Shown here: positions 20,912-30,845 of the stretch, in pieces
Position numbering within the stretch: position 1 is the stretch's first letter
How the letters are laid out: the number at the start of each line of letters is the position of its first letter
Origin: a virus
Taxonomy: Duplodnaviria > Caudoviricetes
Virus record (IMG/VR): IMGVR_UViG_2617270876_000003
Location: 130,209-194,208 of that record
DNA length: 64,000 nucleotides
Strand: one strand, 5' to 3'
Notes under the pieces: model-generated
Database searches by the model: none
Seen by the model: the letters and a program-made list of their open reading frames with translations, nothing else
Told to the model about the DNA's origin: nothing
Translations under genes and position numbers: made by a program

Positions 20912-21307
20912 GTGACAACATATGATGAGTTATATGAATCCTTTTTGTCAAAATGCAAAGTTGATGATATTGACCTTCCATCCGATAATTCAAAGATATA
21001 TACATTTATCAAAAGTTCAATTAGTGACTACAACAACAGATTGAGAGACAACATCGTCTGTAACGATGATACTGAGTCTATTGACAGAGCATTGAATGAT
21101 GATGAACTTTTATTAATCACAAAATATATGAGATGGAACTTACTTAAAAACCAACTTACATACTTTGCTAGTGTATGGCAACCATTTAGTAAAGATTTAG
21201 GTTTGAAAAATTATCAATCGCAAATCAAAGCTCTTGAAGGTTTGGTAAATAACGAAAAAAATGAAATAGAACAAGTAATCATTAACACTATCGATGACTT
21301 TATGTGA
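20912..21307 (+). CDS. Head-tail adaptor (YomZ-like)
   Basis: MTTYDELYESFLSK, helical, 131 aa. Synteny. Confidence 0.55.
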   Translation: MTTYDELYESFLSKCKVDDIDLPSDNSKIYTFIKSSISDYNNRLRDNIVCNDDTESIDRALNDDELLLITKYMRWNLLKNQLTYFASVWQPFSKDLGLKNYQSQIKALEGLVNNEKNEIEQVIINTIDDFM

Positions 21308-21319
21308 GCAGGTGTTAAG

Positions 21320-22513
21320 ATGAAAAATTATTCTAATTATCATGGAAAAAAAATAGACAAGTTAAGAGATAATGCTCAAAGACTCATTCAATCATCTATA
21401 ATGGACAGCTTAGATTCCCAAGACGTACTCGTTAATGGTGAAAATAAGCGACTAATAATAAATGATAAGTATTCTGCTTCTCAACAACTAAAATATATGA
21501 TAGGTGAAACTATTGATTCACTTTATTATGGTGATGTTGTTGAACTACAGAATGGTGAAAATTGGATAATATGCAGTTATGAAACTGAAAATCAATTCTA
21601 TAAAAAATGGATAGCTACTTTGTGCAACTTCAATTTAAAATGGATAGATGAAAATGGCATAATTCAATCTTATCTATCTGTACTAACAAGCACTAGATCG
21701 AGTAATGGTATTGAAGAAGATAATATTATGACACTTCCTATTGGACGTAGACATGTCATTGTTCAGTTGAATGAGCATACCAAAAAGCTAGACAGAGGAA
21801 GACGATTTATCATTGGCGGAGAAGCTTTCAAGGTTGTAGATATTGATCATATGAGTGTTAAAGGTCTCGTTAATCTAAGCTTACAATCGTCTGGAGACTT
21901 AAATCCCGCAAAGGATAATCTAGAATTAGAAATTGCAGATTATTATGGCAATGTTGCTAATTATAAGATTGAAATTCTTAATGGTTATTTTTCAACAATA
22001 AGTGAAGATCAGTCTTTGCAACTAAATGTTGCCGTGACTAATAATAACATTCCTATCCTCTCCCCTACCCTATTTTATACTTCAAGCGATGAGTCTATTG
22101 CGGAAGTGAATCCCCAAGGGGTTATTGTTCCCAAGACAAATGGCACAGTCACCATTAGAGCAAGTTTTAAAGATGTGTCTTCTGAGATTGAGATTAGCGT
22201 AACTGAATCAACTGCTTATAGTTATACTTGTGAAATTATCGGAAGCAGCGAAATTAAAATTGGAAGAACTCAAACCTATACTGCAAAGTTTTATCGTAAT
22301 GGGGTTGAATATCCTGATGAAAGTAGATTTTCATTAAGTGCTGATGATGGTGTGTCTGATACAAATTTCGCTACAATTTCAACTCAAGATAATTCTGCTC
22401 ATATATGCTCGATTCTTGCAGGAGATAATATTGGTTATTTCTGGTTGCATGTAAAAAACCAAAATGGACTCTCTGAGTCAAAAATAAGAATTAAAATTAA
22501 ACCGTTATATTAA
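21320..22513 (+). CDS. Head closure/stopper-like protein with C-terminal Ig-like domain
   Basis: YTSSDESIAEVNPQGVIVPKTNGTVTIRA is a Big_2-type Ig motif. Confidence 0.65.
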   Translation: MKNYSNYHGKKIDKLRDNAQRLIQSSIMDSLDSQDVLVNGENKRLIINDKYSASQQLKYMIGETIDSLYYGDVVELQNGENWIICSYETENQFYKKWIATLCNFNLKWIDENGIIQSYLSVLTSTRSSNGIEEDNIMTLPIGRRHVIVQLNEHTKKLDRGRRFIIGGEAFKVVDIDHMSVKGLVNLSLQSSGDLNPAKDNLELEIADYYGNVANYKIEILNGYFSTISEDQSLQLNVAVTNNNIPILSPTLFYTSSDESIAEVNPQGVIVPKTNGTVTIRASFKDVSSEIEISVTESTAYSYTCEIIGSSEIKIGRTQTYTAKFYRNGVEYPDESRFSLSADDGVSDTNFATISTQDNSAHICSILAGDNIGYFWLHVKNQNGLSESKIRIKIKPLY

Positions 22514-22525
22514 GGAGCGTGAAAC

Positions 22526-23038
22526 ATGAGTTCAGCAATTGTTCGCTTCGGTGAGCTTAAAGTTGATTCATTTGTACAAGGAGTCGTAAATAATTGGCTA
22601 GTTTATAGTCCTCTCCCCTACTCTAAGCAACATTCAAGCGGACTAGATGGAGACATTGTTATTAGTGCTACTCCAACGGTAGAGATTATTGATGCAGATT
22701 TGGATGTTGCTATTGATCCGCAATATGCTTATGCGTATTCCATTGCAACAGATAATAAATTGAAGATTGTATTCGATAAAGTGAAACACCCTGATAAGGG
22801 CAGCGCACTTGAAGCGCTGAAATGTATTAGTGTTTCATATGAATTGGGACATCTTACTCCTAATGGTGGGCTATATATTGCCATCTTTAGAAATTCTCTA
22901 GGAGAAGAAATTCATCGTACAACACCTATGTCGTTGACTCAATGTACAACTGTCATTTCAACATTTAATGATACCAGACAAGTTGATACAGGTGGCTATT
23001 TGAAGTGTGAGGTAGTACCAGACTTCGTTGTTAGTTGA
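22526..23038 (+). CDS. Hypothetical virion protein
   Basis: AAGGAG RBS, within the neck gene cluster. Confidence 0.7.
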   Translation: MSSAIVRFGELKVDSFVQGVVNNWLVYSPLPYSKQHSSGLDGDIVISATPTVEIIDADLDVAIDPQYAYAYSIATDNKLKIVFDKVKHPDKGSALEALKCISVSYELGHLTPNGGLYIAIFRNSLGEEIHRTTPMSLTQCTTVISTFNDTRQVDTGGYLKCEVVPDFVVS

Positions 23039-23049
23039 GGTGATTATGA

Positions 23050-23523
23050 TTGTCATTTCTCAAAGAGATAACTGAATACAAAAAAACTGTCATTAAAAGG
23101 CTAATCAATGATAATGGCTTGTGCAAGGCAATATTCTATAACGACGAGGATTTTCTTGATCGTGAGGATGTAATTCATACTGATGATTTAATTTATAACA
23201 ATGTCTACCCTCATCGTTTTATCCCCGAGGTAACTTCCACAGCTAAAACATACATTACTGTCTCCTGTACAGATTATAGGCCATCTGGAAACAGTTTTAA
23301 AAACGGCATGTTGAATATTTATATGTTCACACATCGCGACTTATTTAAGACAGACTATGGATATACTCGTATGGATTATGTGATGACTAAAGTTGAAGAA
23401 TTGATAAATGGTGAAAGAGGAATTGGAGTTGGCGAATTAGGATTCGGTGGTCTGAATGAATACATAGTTAATGAAAAGTTTCAAGGATATGTTCTTACCT
23501 ACAGACTAGTGGATTTTAATTGA
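23050..23523 (+). CDS. Tail terminator/completion protein (YomW-like)
   Basis: Position before the tail tube, RMDYVM.KVEELING motif. Confidence 0.55.
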   Translation: MSFLKEITEYKKTVIKRLINDNGLCKAIFYNDEDFLDREDVIHTDDLIYNNVYPHRFIPEVTSTAKTYITVSCTDYRPSGNSFKNGMLNIYMFTHRDLFKTDYGYTRMDYVMTKVEELINGERGIGVGELGFGGLNEYIVNEKFQGYVLTYRLVDFN

Positions 23524-24248
23524 TGGTTGAAGCAGTTGAAGGCATTGAAGACATTGAACTAAAACTCTTGCTCGGTCAGCCTGTTTTCATTAATAATATC
23601 TATATCTTTTCTCCTTTGTTAAAAGATGTGATAGAAAATGGATACACAGCCTACAATCAAGCCCTCTCCTCTCTTCTGTTTGATAAAAATAAATTCCCTG
23701 AGTTGAAAAATTTAGAGCAATCTAATTTAGACTTCATAATCTATTTTTTTGAAAAAGATATTAGATTCAGGGAATCATTTAAACTTGGTTCAAAACTGAT
23801 GTTTAAAGAGGATGTTTTTGTAGATATCATTGATGATTACCCATCTCTTCGTATAGGGGAACATCAAATTTCAGATGAGACAATCGAATCAATTCAGAAA
23901 ATAGTGAAGTTTGCAAATAAAGTTCCTGATAAGAGCGAGGAAGAATTTAACCCCGCAAACTCCAAGGCTGAAGAGTTTATTAAAAAGATTATGGGTGATA
24001 GAGCAAAGAAACCTCAGAAGAAACCTATCAATAATTTACATAGTCTTATATCTGGTTTAGCTTGGAAATCACATAATATATCCATTTTAGATATGGAAAA
24101 ATTAACAATATATCAATTTTATGATGGATATTTCAGATTAGAAAATATCGATCACTACAACAACATAATGATGGGAATATATTCTGGCAATATTGATTCA
24201 ACAAAAATAAAAATCCAAGAAAATACTTGGACTAAAATAATTAGATAA
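23520..24248 (+). CDS. YomV-like tail assembly protein
   Basis: FNPANSKAEE and LTIYQFYD.YFRL...D.Y motifs. Synteny. Confidence 0.55.
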   Translation: MMVEAVEGIEDIELKLLLGQPVFINNIYIFSPLLKDVIENGYTAYNQALSSLLFDKNKFPELKNLEQSNLDFIIYFFEKDIRFRESFKLGSKLMFKEDVFVDIIDDYPSLRIGEHQISDETIESIQKIVKFANKVPDKSEEEFNPANSKAEEFIKKIMGDRAKKPQKKPINNLHSLISGLAWKSHNISILDMEKLTIYQFYDGYFRLENIDHYNNIMMGIYSGNIDSTKIKIQENTWTKIIR

Positions 24249-24264
24249 TGGAGGAAGTTAATAA

Positions 24265-25059
24265 ATGGCAGTAACAAATCGGTGGGCAATTCGTGATGTC
24301 GCAACGGCATCATTTTTTGATCAAGTTACAAAAAAACTGAGAGCACGGCTTGACAGTCTAAAGCAATCTGGCTTAGAAAATAGCGCTGACGTAGTATACA
24401 GTAACGGAGGAAGCGGCAACCCTAAATTAGTGGGATTTTCTGGAAATAAAGCAGCGAGATTCACTCTTCAAGATGCTTTGTTTACAAATGAGCTTATCGC
24501 TATGCTGCTTGGTACAGAAGTTATTACGGCAGCTACTCCTGTCACTACAAATGATATTTTGACAGTAAGTGCAGGAAGTGTAAATCTCGAACACACTCCT
24601 TCATCAACTGGCGCACTTGTTAGTGTAAGCAAATATCTTCCTGATGGCACTATTGGAGAAGGTTTTGATTATAATTCTTCCGCTCCATCTACTGGTGAAT
24701 ATGGTGTTGCTAACAAAACAGTAACTTTTGCTACTGGTGATGTTGTAGATGGCGAGAAAGTTATTGTTTATTACAAAACAATGGCTGGTTCTGATACTAA
24801 GCAAATCAAGGCACAAACCGATAAATTTGCTGGTAGTTTTGAACTTGTTCTTGATGTTCTTGTTCGTGATGTGCTTACTAAGAAGGATTATGCGGCACAA
24901 ATCACTATTCCATCAGCTAAGATTGAAGATAACTGGAGTATGGCTATGGCCCCTGATGGCGATCCTGCTGTTCAAGATATTGCAATGGAAGCTCTCGCAG
25001 TACCTGGTTCTAAAGATCTATATACAATGTACATTTTTGATGAAGACGACTTTGTTTAA
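24265..25059 (+). CDS. Major tail tube protein (YomU-like)
   Basis: GGSGNPKLVGF...LQDALF and TIPSAKI...MAPDGDP motifs. Strong RBS, followed by a terminator. Confidence 0.75.
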   Translation: MAVTNRWAIRDVATASFFDQVTKKLRARLDSLKQSGLENSADVVYSNGGSGNPKLVGFSGNKAARFTLQDALFTNELIAMLLGTEVITAATPVTTNDILTVSAGSVNLEHTPSSTGALVSVSKYLPDGTIGEGFDYNSSAPSTGEYGVANKTVTFATGDVVDGEKVIVYYKTMAGSDTKQIKAQTDKFAGSFELVLDVLVRDVLTKKDYAAQITIPSAKIEDNWSMAMAPDGDPAVQDIAMEALAVPGSKDLYTMYIFDEDDFV

Positions 25060-25076
25060 TCAACGACATGGCATAT

Positions 25077-25117
25077 ATGCGGTTGGGCACTAATATGCCT
25101 AACCGCATTTTTATTTT
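25077..25117 (+). terminator. Intrinsic terminator
   Basis: ATGCGGTTGGGCA / TGCCTAACCGCAT followed by a T-tract. Confidence 0.75.
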
Positions 25118-25132
25118 AAAAGGGAGAATACA

Positions 25133-25864
25133 ATGAATGAATTACCAACAATCACACTCGCAGCACCCATTCAAAACAGAGATTTTGTTTTAAATCAGTA
25201 CCTCGATCATATCTATAAGATTGATTACCCCAAAAATAGGTTAGAATTACTCTTTGTCCTCAACAATTCGTCTGATCATAGTGAAGAAATATTAAGAATA
25301 TTCAAGAAAAAACATAATGATGAATATAAATGTATTACTATTGACACCTACAATCGAGACGTTCCACAAGATACTCGAAAAACAAGTATAAGAAATGAGT
25401 ACATCTATCAACATTTGAGTATATTAAAAAATTACATTATGTTTAAAGTAAAGACCGAAAAACTTATGTTTATTGATTCTGATATTTTAGTCCCTGATAG
25501 TGTAATTAATAATCTACTTAAATCTAAAAAAAATATAGTTTCGGGACTAATATATAATGGCTATTTAGTTGACCCAGAACAACCTTATAAGTATCCAAAC
25601 GTGATGAGATTAAATGAGCATAATTGCTATGAACATATTTCAAATAGTTATATACGAAATGCTCCACAACTTAAAGAACAACAATTAATAAAAGTTGACT
25701 TAACAGGTGCAGTATTCATGCTTGATAAACAAGTATATAAGAAAATTAAATTTGGGTATCATCCTCAAGGGGAAGATGCCTATTTTTGTGCAATGGCACA
25801 GAGAAATGGTTTTGAAATTTGGTGTGACGTTGGCACATTTTGCACTCATGTAATGGAAAAATAA
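25133..25864 (+). CDS. GT-A fold glycosyltransferase (GT2/Anp1-like)
   Basis: APIQNR, LNNSSD, DxD motif FIDSDI, DLTGAV, GED.YFC. Confidence 0.85.
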   Translation: MNELPTITLAAPIQNRDFVLNQYLDHIYKIDYPKNRLELLFVLNNSSDHSEEILRIFKKKHNDEYKCITIDTYNRDVPQDTRKTSIRNEYIYQHLSILKNYIMFKVKTEKLMFIDSDILVPDSVINNLLKSKKNIVSGLIYNGYLVDPEQPYKYPNVMRLNEHNCYEHISNSYIRNAPQLKEQQLIKVDLTGAVFMLDKQVYKKIKFGYHPQGEDAYFCAMAQRNGFEIWCDVGTFCTHVMEK

Positions 25865-25881
25865 AAATTAGGGAGTTAACT

Positions 25882-26883
25882 ATGAAACAAAAAACCATAT
25901 TATATCCATGTACTTTGGATTATTCATTTCTCTTCCAGCGTCCTCAACAAATAATGAGACAGTTTGCGCGTAACGGGTATAGGGTAATCTTCTGCAATAA
26001 TACTCAGACAAATGAACCGCCAGAAGAAGTTGAACCGAATCTTTTTGTGTATCATAATTGGCAAGATGTAATTAATAAGATCAAGTACAAACAACTAAAA
26101 ATTGATATTTATTATTATACTTGGGCAAAATCAGCACAGTTTATTGATGATGTCAAAGCGAAGTTGAATATCTATGACAGCGTAGACAGCTTCCCTAGTT
26201 GGTATGAATATGAAGATAACGCGGTTAGTAGTGCCAATATTGTGCTAACATCCAGTCAATTTCTATATGAACTTAGAAGCAAGAATCATAACAACGTACA
26301 TCTTGTTAGAAATGCGTGTCCAGAATCATACATCAACAAAAAATCAATTATTCCAGAAGAATATAAACACATAGATAAACCTATTGTTTTGTTTTCTGGC
26401 GCAATAGGATCATGGGTATCTACACATCTGCTAAAAAAAGTTGCTGATAAGTATGCTGTTGTACTAGTTGGGAAAGAATTCGGGAAGAGTTGTCCTTCCA
26501 ACGTCATTAATCTAGGGACAAGGGATCACGAAGAACTGTACAATTATTATGCTCATGCCGATGTATGCCTCCTACCATTCGATACAACTCAAGAAGTTAC
26601 GCAAGCAGCATGTGCCATTAAACTATTCGAACATATGGCTGCTGGAAAAATTACTGTTGCTACTGATTGGAATGAAACGAATATCTATCCTGACTCTGTA
26701 TTTACAGGAAAAACAGATGAAGAATTTTTGGAGCAAGTAGATCGAGCTATTCAATTAAGCAGTTCGGATTATCATAAAAATAAGTCATTGGAATATGCAA
26801 AGCAGAACACTTGGGAAAGTAGATTTAATGATATTGCAGAAATCATTGAGAATTATTATTCCAAGGAAGGTGTTTTTGTTTGA
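25882..26883 (+). CDS. GT-B fold glycosyltransferase (GT4, TuaH-like)
   Basis: QRPQQIMRQFARNG, YDSVD, GAIGSWV, DVCLLPF, IKLFEHMAAG, NTWESR. Confidence 0.88.
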   Translation: MKQKTILYPCTLDYSFLFQRPQQIMRQFARNGYRVIFCNNTQTNEPPEEVEPNLFVYHNWQDVINKIKYKQLKIDIYYYTWAKSAQFIDDVKAKLNIYDSVDSFPSWYEYEDNAVSSANIVLTSSQFLYELRSKNHNNVHLVRNACPESYINKKSIIPEEYKHIDKPIVLFSGAIGSWVSTHLLKKVADKYAVVLVGKEFGKSCPSNVINLGTRDHEELYNYYAHADVCLLPFDTTQEVTQAACAIKLFEHMAAGKITVATDWNETNIYPDSVFTGKTDEEFLEQVDRAIQLSSSDYHKNKSLEYAKQNTWESRFNDIAEIIENYYSKEGVFV

Positions 26884-27851
26884 GTGAGAAACTAAAAATA
26901 CTTTTTACAAATAATGCTCCTTTAATTAAGCATGGTATTGCTCAGGGTTTTAAGAATTTGGGATATGATATTTTTATTATGGATAAAAACTATCAATTAT
27001 GGGACAAAAGCAAAGAACGACAAGTTGAAATATTTAAACGGGCTGTCGAAGAATTTCACCCGTCAATTGTGTTTTCAGAATGCTTCGCTAATTTTGCAGA
27101 AGGTATATTTGAACACACTAAAGAAAAAGGTATATTTCATGTGTTTTTTTCAATAGAAGATACTCCTTACGATCACTGGATAGGTGATTATTGGTCTGAT
27201 TATGCAGATCATATTTTCACCACCACTGCTGAATGTCTCCCCAACTATTGGAACAAAGGTAGGCAAGCAGAGTTGATGTTATTTGGCTGCAACCCTTCTT
27301 TTCACAAGTCAGTAAAAACAGATATTACTAAAGATATTGTTTTGGTCGCCAATAACTATGAACGTAGATTTCAGCAAACAAAGGATTATATTATTCCTTT
27401 GGTGGAGCAAAATTATAACATCGAGATTTATGGAAATGAATGGTGGACTGATTCATCAAAGGAAGTCAATCTATGTAATTCTAATGCTTACAAGGGGTAT
27501 ATGGCTTATGAAAATCTTCCCCTCCTCTACTCATCATCAAAAATTGCATTAGGACAAAACTTAGATGGAAATTCAGTTACACAATCCTCTATGCGCATGG
27601 CGGAAGTTATGGGAATTGGGGGAGCTTTGCTTGTTTCTCCATATACAAAAAGTCAGGAATTTCTATTCAACGATCATATTTATCTTCCTAAAACTGGACA
27701 AGAAATGATTGACATGGTTGATGAGATATTGAGCATGACAGACAAGCAAAGACAGTTGAAGGCAAAAAAAGCACAAAAATATGTTTACAAATATCACAAC
27801 TATGATATTAGGGCTAAACAAGTAATTGATGCTTATTATGGTTTGAAATAA
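26880..27851 (+). CDS. CgeB-like glycosyltransferase (spore-maturation family)
   Basis: IEDTP, FGCNPSFH, LYSSSKIALG, SMRMAEVMG, HNYDIRA. Confidence 0.85.
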   Translation: MSEKLKILFTNNAPLIKHGIAQGFKNLGYDIFIMDKNYQLWDKSKERQVEIFKRAVEEFHPSIVFSECFANFAEGIFEHTKEKGIFHVFFSIEDTPYDHWIGDYWSDYADHIFTTTAECLPNYWNKGRQAELMLFGCNPSFHKSVKTDITKDIVLVANNYERRFQQTKDYIIPLVEQNYNIEIYGNEWWTDSSKEVNLCNSNAYKGYMAYENLPLLYSSSKIALGQNLDGNSVTQSSMRMAEVMGIGGALLVSPYTKSQEFLFNDHIYLPKTGQEMIDMVDEILSMTDKQRQLKAKKAQKYVYKYHNYDIRAKQVIDAYYGLK

Positions 27852-27881
27852 AAAAATGATTTAATGGGAGTGAATCGTTTA

Positions 27882-28394
27882 ATGGCAAAAAAACTTACTG
27901 CGGCAACAATGAATAAAATGATTAAAGAATTGGATAAGAAAAAGAAAATTTATATCCTTGATGATCATGAAGTCAATATTGACATCACCTTTAAAGATTC
28001 TTCAATTAATAGTATCATTGTTGACTATTTAACTATTTTTGAAAAAGTTCAGAAAAAAGAAACCGATGTGACTGAAGATGAACTATTAAAAGCAATGGAT
28101 GGAGTTTTAGGTGCTCTTCTTCTCCGTGAGTTTTCAGATGTCCCACTTATTCCAAAAGACATTAGTGATATCAGAAAAATAATTAACATTACTAACGCTT
28201 TGCTTAACACAAAAATCATGGAAAATATTCTACCTCAATTTGATCCAAAAGAAATCGAGCGAGTAAAAGAGAAGATCGAATTGGCAAGTAAGAATATTGG
28301 ACAATTTATGGGTGAGTATGCCGTTAAAATGGCGATTGATGAAAATAAACTTAGCGATAATAAAGAAGAAGTTGAGACTGATGCCACAGTTTAA
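27882..28394 (+). CDS. Putative tail assembly chaperone (YomO-like)
   Basis: GGGAGTG RBS, helical, between tail tube and tape measure genes. Confidence 0.5.
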   Translation: MAKKLTAATMNKMIKELDKKKKIYILDDHEVNIDITFKDSSINSIIVDYLTIFEKVQKKETDVTEDELLKAMDGVLGALLLREFSDVPLIPKDISDIRKIINITNALLNTKIMENILPQFDPKEIERVKEKIELASKNIGQFMGEYAVKMAIDENKLSDNKEEVETDATV

Positions 28395-28866
28395 TAACTT
28401 AAGTGAACTAGAGAAGTATCTTAACACTGGTAAAGGACAACAAACTGTATTTGGTCAAAGAGATGTTCGTAAAGCACTAAATGAAGCTGCTAAATTACTT
28501 GAGAAAATAATGCATGAAGAACTTGAAGCTTATTATGCTTCTTATACTCCAGTTGATGGCGGTTATGAACGTACATATGGATTATTAAATTCACTCCGCA
28601 TATCCCCCATTACTCAAGTTGGAAATGAATTGCATATTAATGTTTATTTTGATCGTGAAAGTGCTACTCATCCATCTATTTTTGGCGGTGAGGACGGATA
28701 CGTAGCAAAGTTGATCAATGATGGTTGGAGTTGGTCAAACACTTCAGTTAATATCTATCACCTTTCTCATTATGAAGGGTTTCATTTCGTAGAAAAGGCG
28801 TTGCAGCGCTTCTCTTCTGAAAACAAGTGGGGATTCAGAATCAGTAAGAATAATGTTGCTAAGTAA
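28381..28866 (+). CDS. YomN-like / HK97-gp10-like tail protein
   Basis: FNNLSELEKYL...YY.SYTP..YERT..L.NS motif. Confidence 0.55.
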   Translation: MPQFNNLSELEKYLNTGKGQQTVFGQRDVRKALNEAAKLLEKIMHEELEAYYASYTPVDGGYERTYGLLNSLRISPITQVGNELHINVYFDRESATHPSIFGGEDGYVAKLINDGWSWSNTSVNIYHLSHYEGFHFVEKALQRFSSENKWGFRISKNNVAK

Positions 28867-28871
28867 ATATT

Positions 28872-28889
28872 GTAAAAGAGTTATTTTAT
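28872..28889. repeat. Dispersed palindrome A (RTRAAA-N6-TTTYAY)
   Basis: GTAAAA-GAGTTA-TTTTAT, immediately upstream of the second recombinase. Confidence 0.6.
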
Positions 28890-28917
28890 AAGAAAATCAA
28901 TAAATAGAAAGTGTGGT

Positions 28918-29973
28918 TTGATGGCTTCCAAAATTACAAAAGTTAAATATTTCACACCTGAAAAGAAGGCACTTATCTCTCCTGCAAACAAAAAATTATA
29001 TGAGAAATACCTTAACAGCAGCATTATTAAAAACAGAGATGTTAAGGAAACTACATATAAAACATATGAAAATTACTTTACTCAATTCCTAGTCTTTCTT
29101 GCTGAAAAGTACGACAATATTGGATTATATAGCGAAGAATTCTTTGAAGATGCGGTAGAGATTATGGAATCTTTTATTTCTTTTTGTCAGGAGACTTTAA
29201 AGAATAATAAGAAAGTAATCAATACGAAAATTTCATCTGTTAGTACTTTCTATCTCTGGAGCATGAAGAGAAAATTAGTTGATAGGCATCCATTCGATAA
29301 ACAGTTGGAACGAATGAAAGGTGCGAGTGAAGAAAAGATCATAAACTCTTATTTCCTTAATGATGAGGAAGTAGAAATTATTAAATATGGACTTAATGAA
29401 GAAGGCAGCAGATTTGACATTCAAGATAAAATTATATGGGAAGTAATGCTTGAATCTGCCAACCGAATCGGAGCTATCTCCAAACTGACTCTCTCCTCAC
29501 TTGATATTGAAAATATGATTTTCACTGATATCCGCGAAAAACGTGGATATAAAGTTGAAGTTGTGTTTGGTGAAGAAGGGCGAGATCTAATCAAGCAATG
29601 GCTTGAGATGCGAAAAGAAATGGATAATTTAGCTGTAGATTCCCTATTTATCACAAAATACAGAAACGAGTATAAACCAATGGATAAGGGAACAATTCAA
29701 GAACGAATTAAGAAAATCGGAGCAATAATTGGCCTTGATGACTTTCACGCCCACTGTATTCGTAAGACACAACTAAACTCTGTTTACGAGAAAACCGGGG
29801 ATTTGTCATTGGCAGCGGAACTTGCTAACCACAAAAGCATTGAAACTACTAGGCAATCGTACATTAAACCTCAATCTAAAGCCGAAGTTCGAGATAAAAT
29901 TAATAAAATGAAAGAAAAAATGAAAAGAGAAAAGGAAATAGCTGAGAAAAAGGAGTCAAATAATGAAAGTTAA
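28918..29973 (+). CDS. Tyrosine recombinase (YomM-like) within the tail module
   Basis: R (NRIGA), K (EKR), HxxR (HCIR), H (ANH), Y (QSY). Confidence 0.88.
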   Translation: MMASKITKVKYFTPEKKALISPANKKLYEKYLNSSIIKNRDVKETTYKTYENYFTQFLVFLAEKYDNIGLYSEEFFEDAVEIMESFISFCQETLKNNKKVINTKISSVSTFYLWSMKRKLVDRHPFDKQLERMKGASEEKIINSYFLNDEEVEIIKYGLNEEGSRFDIQDKIIWEVMLESANRIGAISKLTLSSLDIENMIFTDIREKRGYKVEVVFGEEGRDLIKQWLEMRKEMDNLAVDSLFITKYRNEYKPMDKGTIQERIKKIGAIIGLDDFHAHCIRKTQLNSVYEKTGDLSLAAELANHKSIETTRQSYIKPQSKAEVRDKINKMKEKMKREKEIAEKKESNNES

Positions 29974-30211
29974 AATCAGCGGCATTGAAGTTGAAGGTAC
30001 GCCAGAGGAAATTGCAAAGTTAAAAGAATTGCTTGCTGAATTGACTGTCGACAAATTTCCTGAGTGGGATTATGTAAGTCCATATACTTACCCTGTCTCT
30101 CCCATTATTCCAACCCCACTCTATACAAATCCAATTTGGTGTGGAGGATATAGTTCTAGCGCAAATACTCAACATAGTAAGAAAGATTTAAGTATCCAAA
30201 CATGGAACTAA
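29963..30211 (+). CDS. Small hypothetical protein
   Basis: AAGGAG RBS, I..EGTPEEI motif. Confidence 0.7.
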   Translation: MKVKISGIEVEGTPEEIAKLKELLAELTVDKFPEWDYVSPYTYPVSPIIPTPLYTNPIWCGGYSSSANTQHSKKDLSIQTWN

Positions 30212-30220
30212 ATCAATTTG

Positions 30221-30279
30221 ATAAAACTATCCTTTCATCATAAAAATACATATTAAAACCCCTTTATTATCAAGGGTTT
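30221..30279. repeat. Bipartite palindromic element (A + 17 bp + B)
   Basis: ATAAAA-CTATCC-TTTCAT, 17 bp, AAACCCCTTTATTATCAAGGGTTT. Confidence 0.65.
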
Positions 30280-30295
30280 AAGGGAGTCAAAATAA

Positions 30296-30712
30296 ATGAA
30301 AATTAAAAAATATGAACTTGAACCGTTTATCACTTACCTTCACTCTCTCAAACTTGATCGTGCAGATAGCCGTTTGAGAACTCGTTTCAAAAAAATTCTG
30401 CTTGATAAGTATCAACAATTTACAGAAGAGTTGGAAGAAATCAATCAAAACTACGCTATTAAAAATGAACAAGGCGAAGTTGTTGTTCAAGATAATAAAC
30501 TAACTTTTGAAAATAACGATGAACGACTAAAAGAAATCCATGACTTGAGCATAGAAGTTATCATTATTGAACAAAATGAAGAGAATAAAAAGATGCTCCT
30601 ATCAGTTAAAGAGTCCGTTCTTTATCGCGGACCAGAAAAATTCGAAGAAAAAGATGCAGATATTTATGATTGCTTGGCAGAAATTGTAGAGCAAATTAAT
30701 TATGAAAATTAA
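30296..30712 (+). CDS. DUF1617-like phage protein
   Basis: L..LKL...DSRLRTRF...L motif and DIYDCLAE end. Confidence 0.6.
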   Translation: MKIKKYELEPFITYLHSLKLDRADSRLRTRFKKILLDKYQQFTEELEEINQNYAIKNEQGEVVVQDNKLTFENNDERLKEIHDLSIEVIIIEQNEENKKMLLSVKESVLYRGPEKFEEKDADIYDCLAEIVEQINYEN

Positions 30713-30789
30713 TATTTGTAGTTAAATAGTCAACATCTATTTTAGGTGTTGATTCTTTTGATTATGAATATTAATACATATGCAAAAGT

Positions 30790-30822
30790 AAGAAGCGACT
30801 AATTGGGTTCGCTTCTTTTTTA
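30790..30822 (+). terminator. Intrinsic terminator upstream of the tape measure gene
   Basis: AAGAAGCGA...TCGCTTCTT followed by a T-tract. Confidence 0.65.
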
Positions 30823-30845
30823 TTATAAAAAGGAGTGAATTTTAA

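Noticed and set aside
27882-28866. Programmed -1 frameshift between tail chaperone genes
   Set aside because: No clear XXXYYYZ slippery site near the overlap, and the downstream ORF has its own ATG at 28381.
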